This document shows, piece by piece, positions 28,491 to 42,300 of a DNA stretch of 64,000 bases; within the stretch, counting starts at the first letter, position 1, and each line of letters begins with the position of its first letter. The notes beneath the pieces are model-generated. The model saw nothing but the letters and a program-made list of their open reading frames with translations, was not told the origin of the DNA and ran no database searches. Position numbers and translations under genes: made by a program. Source of the DNA: Eledone cirrhosa. Taxonomy: Eukaryota. The DNA is taken from positions 19,282,001 through 19,346,000 of the forward strand of contig OZ024742.1 in the NCBI GenBank assembly GCA_964016885.1, in the 5' to 3' direction.

Positions 28491-31221
28491 TTTAGCTGTA
28501 TGAAAGTTGAATAGTCGTTAGTTGCCAGTGTGGTAAGTGATAGTATCCTCGTTGGATTATCTTGTCGACATAGACGTGAGGGAAGGTCCCTCGAGCTATT
28601 TACCATCTTAGTATTTACAATATTCCTTTCGTCAGGTCGCCAATTCCAGCAGCATGGATTATAGATGTTATTGAGACACGAGTAACATAATAATGATTTC
28701 AACAGCAGAAATTAGAGATGAAATGTATGTTTATTTTTGATGTAGCACAAACAATGTTTGTTAACTTATATGGTTGAAGTTACAGATAAAAAGAGGTTAC
28801 AAAAGGGAATGTGCCATTGCGCCGAAAAGCCGGCGAGGCTAGGGTGCAATATCTCACCGTTACATTATGCGTGTTGCTGGTTCGAAGTTTCTGGTACAAG
28901 AGAGATTCTTCAAATCTTCGCGGGGAATTTCTTCCTCAGGGCGCGTAGGGATACATCCTCTTCTACTGGCGCTGATTGGCTGAACTGAGCCAAATCACGC
29001 ACAGAGAATGTATGTGAGCCCGCGGAATGTAGGTCACTACATCACCTCCGACCAGATTTTCAGCCGAAAATCGATAATGAAGAAACCGAGGACCCACATA
29101 TTATTGAATCAGCAAGAACAAATGCTGAAAGAGCACATCAGTGAAAAAATAATTGAGTAGAAAGATTCATGCAAGAACAAAAAAAATTAGGCGCGACGGG
29201 CCGTGTTGAGCCGCTGTCAAATGACTAGCTGTTTTGTAGTTTAAACGAGACCCTCAAGGGCCTACCAGAAAACAGATAAAGTCTGACATGGGCGAAGTTG
29301 CTGTTCTTGCATTAAATGTTAATGGTAAGCGTTGTACCAGTAGCTGTGAACGAAGCTATTATGGTAGTTTACCAGTGCTGGCGAGAAAATGATGGCCCCC
29401 AGATGTATTGTCGAATGTGCTCTGGAGCCAGGAAAAAATGGCTGGTTGCTTTGTAAAGAAAAAAAAAAGCAAGTTTAATCTGTAGGTGGGTTGCAGTGTA
29501 AATTCCATAATTCGGGCGAATCCACAGAAGTGGCCGAAATGCTGACAAGTCCAGTTCAATTTGTTGCTTTCCCAGCGAGTCGGGCAAAAACAACAAGACG
29601 GATGGCTGTCATGGACGATCAGTGTGCAACGAGATGCGAAGCTGTTTGAGTTCAGCTGCAATTAGTATTCTCGTGTTGCGGTGCCTGTTTGAATCCAGTG
29701 GATTAAGCTCTGTGAGCTGCTAGCATGTGCCAGCACCTCGACCAGGTGAAAAGGGACTCGCAGAATATTACGTTTGAAGAACATATACCAAGAACAACAT
29801 GTTGGTGTGTGATAAAAAAAATGTGTGCATATGCAGGCATGTAAAACAGCAAAGAATGTGAATGGACAAAAACCATGAGCAAGCAAATAGAAAAAGAGCA
29901 CAAAACAAGTAAATGCATTCTACAAAGAAATATGTGAATGTAACAAACTGATAACTCAAAGTCAATCTAAGGGAGCAGAGAAATTGCTCAATAAGTTCAA
30001 AGTTTTTCAAAGTCAAATAGTTCACACATCACCAGTGTACAGACACTAGTTCCATCTGAAAACTGAAAAAGAAGACTGTTAATGCCGTTAGGGGTTAGAT
30101 GTATGGTGTTTTTGAGAGTTTTCGTGGCCATTCTACCGTCTTGCCAACTTGTGTGACATAAGGTTTTGTTATTAAAGCAAAGTCAATGCATCTTCTGTAG
30201 AGTAGCAGTCACCAACATGGCAGCCACGTCTGACGCCATAATGGTGAGAAAACTACTGTCTCAATTTCTCGAGTCCATGTGGCAACGAGACAGAAGGTAT
30301 GGTGGTTGCGTCGGTAAAGTTACAAGCCGTTTTGAAATTTCCGATGTGTGGTGGTTTGCGTCGGTAAGGCTATGAAGCTGCCATCTCACCATTCCCTGTC
30401 GTTGGTCAGTGGTTAAAAAATGCCGTCGCTGCCGCTGCTGCTGCTGCTGCTGTCGTTGTTGTTGTCGAGTGTAGCCAGGACTTGTCGGTAGCCATCTTGA
30501 AATTTCCTCGTGGCGAAAAGTTTTTGAAATACTGCTAATTTTTCAAAAAAACATTTTGAAAGGAATATATTGTATTTTCGCAAGTTGCGAAAAGGTTGGC
30601 AACGTGGCAATTAAAGTTCAACGGAATAAAAAAGAAGGGCTACGTTAAATTCTTACGTCGGTCACCACTTTAGCTGTATGAAAGTTGAATAATCGTTAGT
30701 TGCCAGTGTGGTAAGTGATAGTATCCTCGTTGGATTATCTTGTTGACATAGACGTGAGGGAAGGTCCCTCGATCTATTTACCATCTTAGTATTTACAATA
30801 TTCCTTTCGTCAGGTCGCCAATTCCAGCAGCATGGATTATAGATGTTATTGAGACACGAGTAACATAATAATGATTTCAACAGCAGAAATTAGAGATGAA
30901 ATGTATGTTTATTTTTGATGTAGCACAAACAATGTTTGTTAACTTATATGGTTGAAGTTACAGATAAAAAGAGGTTACAAAAGAGAATGTGCCATTGCGC
31001 CGAAAAGCCGGCGAGGCTAGGGTGCAATATCTCACCGGTACATTATGCGTGTTGATGGTTCGAAGTTTCTGGTACAAGAGAGAGATTCTTCAAATCTTCG
31101 CGGGGAATTTCTTCCTCAGGGCGCGTAGGGATACATCCTCTTCTACTGGCGCTGATTGGCTGAACTGAGCCAAATCACGCACAGAGAATGTATGTGAGCC
31201 CGCGGAATGTAGGTCACTACA
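28491..31221 (-). mobile_element. Internally deleted Gypsy-like LTR retrotransposon
   Basis: ~551-bp LTRs (30669-31221 and 28491-29041) start TGTAG; 4-bp TSD CTAT at 28487-28490 and 31222-31225; PBS-like TGGTGACCGACGT resembling the tRNA-Trp PBS; decayed protease-like LIVHD..FLPDS.GKQQIELDL..RPLLWI. Confidence 0.85.
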
Positions 31222-31961
31222 CTATTGTTTTGTTGTTGGACCTCCGTCGGTTTCGATGAAAATAAATAGTCTAGTTGTTTGACCAATGGCTGCTCGTGAA
31301 ATCAACGTGTACCCTTAAAGTAGTCCTCAAAGAGATTCAGTATGACAAAGGATGTGATGAGATTGAGCCTTTGGAATTACAGGTACAACATAATGTTTGT
31401 GCGCAACGTGAAATGAAGTGTCTTGTTCAAGGAAACAACGTTATTCCAGGGTTCGAACTTACGATCATTAGCAAAACACAGTTACTACACAGCCACTTGC
31501 CTTCACACCTTCTCACTAAAGTACAGCTGATTGTATGTTATATCACAGCTTACTGTAAACTGTTCATGTATTCATCAAATACAGGGTGAGACAAATATGT
31601 CTCCCATGTTTTAACAGTTGATCCTGTAAAATATGGGAGTTTTTTAGGACTAATTAGATAAAGCTGTCGATATATCGTTATGTGAAATAACAAAGAATGT
31701 TTTTTCAACGCCCACTTTCACAACTGTGAAATTCCTGGTATGATGAAACAGCAATAAATGATAGCAAGGTAGATCAGTGTTAATTAAAGAGGCATTAATT
31801 AAAGCCATATTGCAAATATTCATTTAATTAATCTCTTGTACCAAATATTTTCTATACCCAACTTCATTCATCAGATTTATTTTGAATTCATCAGATTTTT
31901 TTAACGTTTTTATCGAGGTGATTGTTGTCATTTGATTAGTATTTTTATAGGGTAGCTTATT

Positions 31962-33988
31962 GCAGTGGCTCTCAAACGTATTTTGTCGTGAAATCCATAG
32001 CAGTGGCTCTCAAACGTGTTTTGGGGTGGAATCCATAGTAGTGGTTCTCAAACGTGTTTTGTGGTGGAATCCATAGCAGTGGCTCTCAAACGTATTTTGT
32101 GGTGGAATCCATAGCAGTGGCTCTCAAACGTGTTTTGTGGTGGAATCCATAGCAGTGGCTCTCAAACGTGTTTTGTGGTGGAATCCATAGCAGTGGCTCT
32201 CAAACGTATTTTGTCGTGAAATCCATAGCAGTGGCTCTCAAACGTATTTTGTGGTGGAATCCATAGTAGTGGTTCTCAAACGTGTTTTGTGGTGGAATCC
32301 ATAGCAGTGGCTCTCAAACGTATTTTGTCGTGAAATCCATAGCAGTGGCTCTCAAACGTATTTTGTGGTGGAATCCATAGTAGTGGTTCTCAAACGTGTT
32401 TTGTGGTGGAATCCATAGCAGTGGCTCTCAAACGTATTTTGTCGTGAAATCCATAGCAGTGTCTCTCAAACGTATTTTGTGGTGGAATCCATAGCAGTGG
32501 CTCTCAAACATGTTTTGTGGTGGAATCCATAGTAGTGGTTCTCAAACATGTTTTGTGGTGGAATCCATAGCAGTGGCTCTCAAATGGAATCCATAGTAGT
32601 GGTTCTCAAACGTGTTTTGTGGTGGAATCCATAGCAGTGGCTCTCAAACGTATTTTGTCGTGAAATCCATAGCAGTGGCTCTCAAACATGTTTTGTGGTG
32701 GAATCCATAGCAGTGGCTCTCAAACGTATTTTGTCGTGAAATCCATAGCAGTGGCTCTCAAACGTATTTTGTGGTGGAATCCATAGTAGTGGTTCTCAAA
32801 CGTGTTTTGTGGTGGAATCCATAGCAGTGGCTCTCAAACGTATTTTGTCGTGAAATCCATAGCAGTGTCTCTCAAACGTATTTTGTGGTGGAATCCATAG
32901 TAGTGGTTCTCAAACGTGTTTTGTGGTGGAATCCATAGCAGTGGCTCTCAAACGTATTTTGTCGTGAAATCCATAGCAGTGGCTCTCAAACATGTTTTGT
33001 GGTGGAATCCATAGCAGTGGCTCTCAAACGTATTTTGTCGTGAAATCCATAGCAGTGGCTCTCAAACGTATTTTGTGGTGGAATCCATAGTAGTGGTTCT
33101 CAAACGTGTTTTGTGGTGGAATCCATAGCAGTGGCTCTCAAACGTATTTTGTCGTGAAATCCATAGCAGTGGCTCTCAAACGTATTTTGTCGTGAAATCC
33201 ATAGCAGTGGCTCTCAAACGTATTTTGTGGTGGAATCCATAGTAGTGGTTCTCAAACGTGTTTTGTGGTGGAATCCATAGCAGTGGCTCTCAAACGTATT
33301 TTGTCGTGAAATCCATAGCAGTGTCTCTCAAACGTATTTTGTGGTGGAATCCATAGTAGTGGTTCTCAAACGTGTTTTGTGGTGGAATCCATAGCAGTGG
33401 CTCTCAAACGTATGTTGTCGGGAAATCCATAGCAGTGGCTCTCAAACATGTTTTGTGGTGGAATCCATAGTAGTGGTTCTCAAACGTGTTTTGTGGTGGA
33501 ATCCATAACAGTGGCTCTCAAACGTGTTTTGTGGTGGAATCCATAGCAGTGGCTCTTAAACGTGTTTTGTGGTGGAATCCATAGCAGTGGCTCTCAAACG
33601 TATTTTGTGGTGGAATCCATAGTAGTGGCTCTCAAACGTATTTTGTGGTGGAATCCATAGCAGTGGCTCTCAAACATGTTTTGTGGTGGAATCCATAGTA
33701 GTGGTTCTCAAACATGTTTTGTGGTGGAATCCATAGCAGTGGCTCTCAAATGGAATCCATAGTAGTGGTTCTCAAACGTGTTTTGTGGTGGAATCCATAG
33801 CAGTGGCTCTCAAACGTATTTTGTCGTGAAATCCATAGCAGTGGCTCTCAAACATGTTTTGTGGTGGAATCCATAGCAGTGGCTCTCAAACGTATTTTGT
33901 CGTGAAATCCATAGCAGTGGCTCTCAAACGTATTTTGTGGTGGAATCCATAGCAGTGGCTCTCAAACGTGTTTTGTGGTGGAATCCAT
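31962..33988. repeat. 38-bp satellite (~53 units) GCAGTGGCTCTCAAACGTATTTTGTGGTGGAATCCATA
   Basis: Direct tandem array without spacers; two identical 26-bp truncated units 1166 bp apart. Confidence 0.97.
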
Positions 33989-34072
33989 GTCGTGGTTTTA
34001 TGCTATATATGGCAACCTAATCTTGGACTCCAAACATTTACTACTTTTAACGATATTGACGTCATTATTGCA

Positions 34073-34803
34073 GGCGGTGGATTGGCAGTATCGGTAGAGG
34101 GTCGGACGCCATGTTTTGAAGCATAGAGTTACCTCCCTGTATGATCTGAGTTCAAATCCCGCCGAGGTTAACTTTGCCTTTCATCCTTACGGGGTCGATA
34201 AAATAAAGTACCAGTAATACACTGGGATAAGTGCTGGCCTTGTGCCGAAAGTAGAAACAATTATTAATGTCACGGGGTTGCGTCACTTTACGTTCTGAGT
34301 TCAAATCCTGTCGAGAAGTTAGCTGTCTTTCATCCTTAGGGATTTGATAAAATAAAGTACCAGTAACACACTGGAGTAAAGTTAATCTATTCCTCTACCA
34401 ACCAAATATATATATATATTGTTGGTCTTGTACATAAATCAGAAACCATTATGAATGTCACGGGGTTGCGTCACTTTATGTTCTGAGTTCAAATCCCGTT
34501 GAGGTTAGCTTGCCCTTCATCCTTACGGGGTAGATAAAAGTACCATTAAAGTACTCGGATAGAGTTAATCTATTTTACCACCCCACCCCCACCCCCTGGG
34601 TTTAGGCCTGAATTAGAAACCATCAGTATCTGTAGAGCGTCGGACGCCATGCTTTCCAGCATAGTTACGTCCCTTTACGGTCTGAGTTCAAATCCCGTCG
34701 AGGTTAACTTTGCCTTTCATCCTTCCGGGGGTCGATAAAATAAAGTACCAGTAATACACTGGGGTAATTGCTGGCCTTGTGCCAAATGTAGACACAATTA
34801 TTA
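34073..34803 (+). mobile_element. Cluster of four family-A SINE copies/fragments
   Basis: GAGTTCAAATCC...GATAAAA(TAAA)GTACCA body repeated four times. Confidence 0.85.
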
Positions 34804-37769
34804 ATGACACAGGTCCACTAGTCTTACATATAAAACTATTTTGCTAAATCCCAATATAATTACCCCATAGCACCGCTACATATGGGGCATGTTTTGATAT
34901 CGTCCAGTGAGTAGCTTCTCAGCTATATATTTGCTTCTGTTTCTAAATGAATACATGTGAGTATATGTACATTTGTGGTAAGGTTTTATTTGTCCCAGAT
35001 AAGGCACTACCGAAGAGCCATGTGTTTCAAACACCATTTCGTCCAGAACATTGTTAAATCTATCTCGTGAAATTCCATTAAACTATTATCTAGAACATAT
35101 TCTTTGGCAAATACTGATAATAGAACAATTGTATATGATAGACCGTCTTCTAAATATAGGAACAGATCATATGTGTCTAATTATCTAACAATCTAATATC
35201 CGCAATGATTCAGGGATATTGTACAAAACCTCTAAGTAATGGGACAGGCGAATAAACATTTCGGATTAAGTGAAAAATATTACCCTGCTTTTACACTGAA
35301 TGTTATCAAAATATGACAGTATTGTTTTAACATTGAGCAGTTTGAATCTATGTCCATTGGTTTAATTAGAGCAGTCTGTAGCAGTAGGATACATTTAAAC
35401 ATTGACTTAGACAGGAAATGCGCAATAATATGAAACATACAATCGATGAACTTCAATTAAAATTGATTCTGATTTAGGCACAAGGCCAATAATATGGGGG
35501 GAGGGGGGGGGGGGCAGATGAAAGTCGATTAAATCTAGCCCAGAGCAATGGAAGGCCCAGAGAATGAAAGGCCCTTCAATTAAAATTAATAACGAATTCA
35601 AAGCAACCCTTTTCCTTATCAAGTGTCTCACAGCGACTAACAAGGGAAATAATTGCTGTTTCACCTTTTGACATTTATAACTAATTTAAAATCACGTTAC
35701 AATAAAACCATTGGCCTTATTGTTTGATCTTTTATTTATAATCTGATGGCGGACATAGAAACAATCAATGTCCTGTTGTTAAATTTACTCATTTACATAA
35801 TAGTCTAATTAAACTGGACTTTAGACTCTTTAAATATTCATTTTCAAACACGTCACATGATGTTCTCGTTTGTCACTTATTAACAAGTTCCAACAGAAAA
35901 ATTTCCGGCTGAATATTAACTATGTAATTATTAACTCTTTCCTCGTTAGGTGGTTACATAATTACACTTGTAAAATAAATCTACATTCTCTTAACCATTT
36001 TCATCTTATTTTTCACTAATATCCGTTGTAAAATTTTAAATGCCAGATTTTTTTTTTGTCTTAATCGTGTTTTTAAAATGTTGGTGACATTTCACCTGGC
36101 AATAGTGATGTGCAACAACTCACCACTTCATGTTTTAATGACCGAGGTAGGGTAATTGCTGATAACTGAAAATAAATCTGTTAAACTATTGTTGAATAAA
36201 TGAATCATCTTAGTTTATAATCATCGGCCGTGTAATGGTTATTTTAAATATTTCACAAGCTACGTTCTGTCTCCTAGCTGGAGAAATAGTTCAAATATAT
36301 TTTCAGTAACATGAATATTTGAATTATCGGTACATACAATAACAGGACACAGGGTGGGAAAACGTCTAAATTCCATGTGTATGGTTGTATATGGGGTTCC
36401 TGTCAACATCGCTGGACATATTTGGGGATGGGTGATCTTGTCAGAATCGCTGGATAGATTTTACAGGCAAAAATCAACCAGCAGGATCCAAAGAAGGTTG
36501 GATAACGTCCATGAGAGCTCGGCTGGTCTCCCTTGGGGATCTAGTCGGATCAACTAGAGTCAAGCTGCTTCTGACAGGCCCCACCGGAAGGAGTGTTTGT
36601 GGACTCTGCCCCCACGAGCCTTCCAGGAATAAGTGGGCGAAGAAAATATGATGTGATATCCATACATTCATAACGTACATTAACGACAATTAGTGAAATG
36701 GTTCCAATAATTTCAATGGTAATTGATTGATAATTATTCTATCCTTTAGATAAAATTCCAGTTGTATCTGTTTGATAGTAAATAATAAATTCCCTAATTA
36801 CTTTACTGGAATGACTTACATTGGGTCCCGAATATGAACAGTAAAGTTTATTCAGAACAAGTTTTTTTTTAAATGAGTCGTCTAGCCTTCTGTAATTTAG
36901 TGGTGGGGAAAATCGTTATAAATCGACCCCAGTTCATGACTGGTACTTTATTTTATCGACACCGGAGGGACGAAAGGCAAAGTTTAACTGGAAGATATTT
37001 GAACTTAAAACATAAAGAGCCGTAACTAACGTCACAAAATATTTTGTCCGAAGTTTTAACGATTCTACCAACACATTGCTTTGGCAACAGCAACAACAGC
37101 AATAATAACAACATTTAACAACAATAACATCACCACCACCACCAACAACAACAATACTAAATAACGTTAATATTAGCAACAATATTAACAACATCAACAA
37201 AACATTAATAACAGCAAAAACCTTAATAGCATCATCATCACCACCAACAATAACAACGTCTATAAAACATTAACAGCCTCACCACCGCCACCAACAGCCA
37301 ACAACAACAACATTAACAACCTCATCACCAACAACAACAATAACAGCCTCATCATCACCATCAACAACAATAACAACAATAACAGCCTCATCATCACCAT
37401 CAACAACAACTTCAAGTTTAAAGAAAATATTTCGTTCCTGGTTTTACCCACCGTCACATTACAGGTTGGAATTCATTAATTTCACTTTAATGTATTGTCT
37501 TACAGCTACATGGGAATATACAGACACACATTTACAGTCTCTGACACACAGACACACTCACACATACACACACATAGACACATACAGACACGCTCACACA
37601 CACTCACACACATACAAACACACATACACACATACAGACACGCTCACAGACACTCATACACACACACGCGCGCGCGCGCGCGCGCACACACGTACACACA
37701 CACACACACTCACACTCACTCACACACACATACACACACACGCACACTCAATAATAGATATGAACGTAG

Positions 37770-37800
<31 letters not shown>

Positions 37801-37967
37801 GAGACATATAGATAGTGTGTGTTTGTGTGTATATGTACATTGTGTGTGTTTGTGTTTATAAATGTATGTGTTTGTGTATATATATTTGTGTGTGTGTGTG
37901 TGTTTGTGTGTGTGCGTCAAATGGTATTGAGAGAAGAGCGAGAGATCTAGACGTCCTCGCAATTGTT

Positions 37968-38057
37968 AGTAGACCACGTGACCGCACAGGTCAGCGGAGT
38001 AGACCACGTGACCGCACAGGTCAGCGGAGTAGACCACGTGACCGCACAGGTCAGCGG
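37968..38057. repeat. Perfect 30-bp x3 tandem repeat containing CACGTGAC
   Basis: AGTAGACCACGTGACCGCACAGGTCAGCGG three times. Confidence 0.95.
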
Positions 38058-38821
38058 AAGTTGCAAATTACCATTGTAATAATATCACTCTAAGTTATTG
38101 TTGTGTCTGCTCCACTCAACTATCACGTTTCGCCTCTAGAGAGCTTTCATTAACTTATCAGTATCGGTAGAGGGTTGGACGCCATTCTTTCTAGCATAGT
38201 TACGTCCCTACATTCTGAGTTCAAATCCTGCCGAGGTTAACTTTGCCTTTCATCCTTACGGGGTCAATAAAATAAAGTACCAGTAATGTACTGGTAATTT
38301 CTGGCCTTGTGCCTAAAGTAGAAACAATTAACTTATTGGAATAATTTGAATATTTTTAACGTTTCACAGAAATATGACTTACTTCAGAGAGATTCACCCC
38401 CCCCCCCCCCAATCAATAGTTTCTCTAGATAGAATGCTTTGCCGTATTCGTATCCGTTCTCTGGGCTCAAATCCCGTCGAGATCAACTTTGCCTTTCATC
38501 CATTATAGGTCGATAAAAAATAAAGTCCCAGTCTAATACTGAGGTCGATTCTTCCTTTATATCTCCCACTTATATTCTCTCACTCTCTATATCCTTCTCT
38601 AGAACAAATTTACTGTATTCAGGTCTAGAGAGAAGATGCGATCTGCTAGAATTTAAAATTCCCCAGAAACACCATATGTCATTACAGCGCCCCTGCGACT
38701 CCCTTGGAAGTTACGGGACCATATATACATTCATGTACATAGAATACAAAGAGATAGAATAAATACCGGTTGACATCTTGTCTGATTCTCTAATAATTCT
38801 GCCAATCCTCTACCCTGGGTG

Positions 38822-39093
38822 AAAGGCCGGGTTTAATGAGGGTAACAGGCGCAATTACCCCGGACCCCTGCAGTGGGTCGTTCCACAAGTGACGGCCGTA
38901 GTAACTTATTTGTACCCTCAGTTGGGCTTTTTAGATTTAGGATGGTTAGAATGTTTGAATTTAATCCCTGTATTTATAACTTTTCAATTCCAATTACTTA
39001 CGCCAAGCTGACTTTGATATGTAAAATTCGGGGGTTCGCTGTGTATTCTAATTTTGTGTGTATGAGGGGCCCTCAAGATCTATATCCAACCCT
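38822..39093. mobile_element. Decayed hAT-type MITE
   Basis: AGGCCGGGTTTA / TATATCCAACCCTG ends, CCTGGGT on both flanks. Confidence 0.45.
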
Positions 39094-39322
39094 GCCTGGG
39101 TAGGTACTATGTTTCTAGAAGAAAAATAAAGATGGCGGAATTGGAACTCAGAGCGCAGGGAACAGGGGGAAATACGACAAGGCCACTTCATCATCTTACT
39201 AAAACTTACGAGCATTGATCCAGTGTCTGTGTAAGAAACTTGTGTGTGTTCATATGTGTGTATATGTTTGTGTGTTTGTGTGTTCATGTGTGTGTAAGTG
39301 TTTGTGTATTCGTGTATGTGTT

Positions 39323-39365
<43 letters not shown>

Positions 39366-42300
39366 ATGTGTGTGTGTTTGTTCATGTGTTCGTGTGTCTG
39401 TTTATGTTTCATGGTGATCAATGATCTGAAGTAAGCGACGAGAATCGTTTTGAAACTTACTGACCTACAACGATAGTGAGGAAGGAAAGTAATTGCTTGA
39501 TGAGTGAATGCAATATGTTTGTGATGGCATTGGTAAACAGAAGATAAAAGGACAAATCGTAAGGAATACTCTAAAAGCGAACTCAGTTGAACTTAAAGAA
39601 CATTTAAAGCTGATACTGGTGGACGGGAGGCAGGGTTCATCGGTTCGTATTTACATCTCAACTGTCAGACGAGTCCGAAATGTCATGTATACAGCGAATA
39701 AGTTGAGAAGGGAGAGAATATATCACGTGTTCGGCAGAGGTACATATACTGATGTGATTACTGATAAAGCTAACTTAATCATTTTCCGAATCACAAATAT
39801 CCACAAAACCAGTTCCGTTTACATGATGAAAGACATCTAACGTTGGATGGGAGTCTTGTTTATCATAGCTTGCTTTTTTTTTACTGTCGGAAGAATTGAA
39901 CCTACAACTCTAACTCAACACATTAGTTGCCTCTGTTTGTTGAAATTAATCATACAAACAATAGTATCACTATAAATCTATGTTGGTTGACTTGGCCATT
40001 CGAAACAGACACGCCGTAGTACCTCAGAGAGAATACGAACCTCTCTTGCTTCAGTTCATTTAGTTCTTATTCTATTGGATAGGTCGACTAATTATCAGGT
40101 AATTGTAAGAATTACAGAGTTTTACAGGTTGTGGAGATGTTAAGCGAAGCAACGGATTACGTCTACCACCCAATAAAGGTTTCTGATTTAAATATAAGGC
40201 CAACAATTTTGGGGGAGGGGAAAGTCGATTAAATCGACACCAGTGCATTACTGGTACTTTATTTTATCTACCCCGTAAGGTCAAAGCTAACCAAGGCGGG
40301 ATCTCTCTGTCACCCAAGAACAATTCATTCGAGATGTTTCTACTCCCAATGGTTTAGTCATTCGGAACTTAAAGTAGAAAAAACTTTCTCAAAGTACGAC
40401 GCAGTGGGATCGAACTTAAAACCGCGCAGTTACGAAGTGAAAATCATAATCACATGCTTGCTTACGGGAAAAAAATGAAAACATTACAGGTACCCAAGGC
40501 ACATAGAGCAGTGCTCGATTATACAATATAAGACTATTGAAATTATTTATTAAGTGGATATAAGGCCAGAAATTTGGAGGGAATAGAACAGTCGATTAAA
40601 TCATTCCCAGTAGTTGAGAGATGCTTATATAACTCTGCAGGATTTGAACTCAGAACATAATGGTTCACCCCTACATGTCACAAGTCATTTTGTCTAACGC
40701 GTTAACGATTCCTCTAATCACCTATTAATCTTGGTGTATTGATTTCAGTTCAAAATGACACTTATTGTTTACACTTACTGACACTTATTCAAACTAGCAC
40801 TTACTACCGCGTATAAAAATAGAAGAGATTTTATTTTAATTCTGATCAAGCTTCTCTCTCTCTCGCTCTGTATGTGTGTGTGTATGTATGTATATTACTT
40901 AATATAGTGTTTACATCAATCTACTGTATCGTTACGTAATCGAGATATAACCTCGCTTATTTTTGTACATAACACCTGCATAATACATGTTTCTTTTAAC
41001 AAAGAAGATTTGTGTTCAACACAACCCGCAACCCTCTTCTTCATATACAGAAATCTAACGAAACAGCGTGAATTTTATTGAACAGCTGCTATCATGGGAA
41101 GTAAAGGTTTCCTAACAAGTGGTGTTTGTTTACATCTAAAAATAAACAGGACTCTTTCAGAATTAGCTTTAATAATCACTGATAGAATGTGAACTGCTAA
41201 GCTCAGCTGTGAATGCCTTCTATCATTTCCAGTCAAATAGTCTTGCGCTCTGTTCCTTAAAAATAGGCGTTAAATTGGCAGACTCGTGAGAACATCGAAT
41301 AGTGTTTTGTCGTATTCCTTTCGGCCCTCCTCGCTCCCTCAATATAAACTCCATAGAGGTCAGCTTTGCCTTTCATGCTTACAAGATCGATAAAATGAAC
41401 CAGTCCGGTTGATTTTCATTTCCCCCCCTCCCTCTCTCTCTCTCTCTCTTATAAATATATATATATATATATATAAAAGAAGGTGGACCATAACGCACCA
41501 GAGTGCTCGATATTTAGGGTAGTAGAGTGGGTAGGATCTAGCTGTCGAAACGGCCGGAGTTCAGCCTGACTCTTTTCCTATATATATATTAGTATATATA
41601 TATATATACACACACCGATCAGATGTCTTCAAACTTAGAAAGGGGATGGACTCCGCCAGATTTAAAGTTCCCAAGACATATGTCATTACGGCGCCCCTTC
41701 CAGTCTATCAATAGTTTCTGGCCCATTCATTCATACTATTTCTGACAGAGGATTATTTACTGTTACTGCGCTGCACACACTTTCGTTACTGACGTACAGT
41801 TGTACGTAAAATACGATAAGATGTATCCACCCGCGCTATCTTTGCTTAGTTAGGTAACACATTATCTTAGCTTAAGGAGAGGTGGCCACCTGATTGTGGT
41901 CTAAATCAGTTGTTGATTCTTCTAGGTTCATTTAGTGACTTTATTTCTTGTGAATCGTTATGAAAACATACGTCCGGTACGATACCCTGGCAGACTTACA
42001 GAATGCTACAACATACACAAAATATTTTTTATGATCTCTCATCTTCAACAATTCCTTTACAAGATAGACTTAACCAAGAAATAGCAGTTTTAACCTTTTT
42101 TTTACCTCTCTCTCTCTCTCTTTCTTTCTCTCTCTCTCTCTCCGTTGACATCACACGAATATATATATATATATATATATATACACACGACGGGCTTCTG
42201 CAGTTTCCGCCAACTAAACTACATTCATAATGCATTAATTAACCTGAGACTATAGTAGACACGTGTATAAGATGTTGCACAGCAGGACTGAATCTAGAAC

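Noticed and set aside
31962-33988. CRISPR-like array
   Set aside because: No unique spacers, no cas genes, and a eukaryotic context
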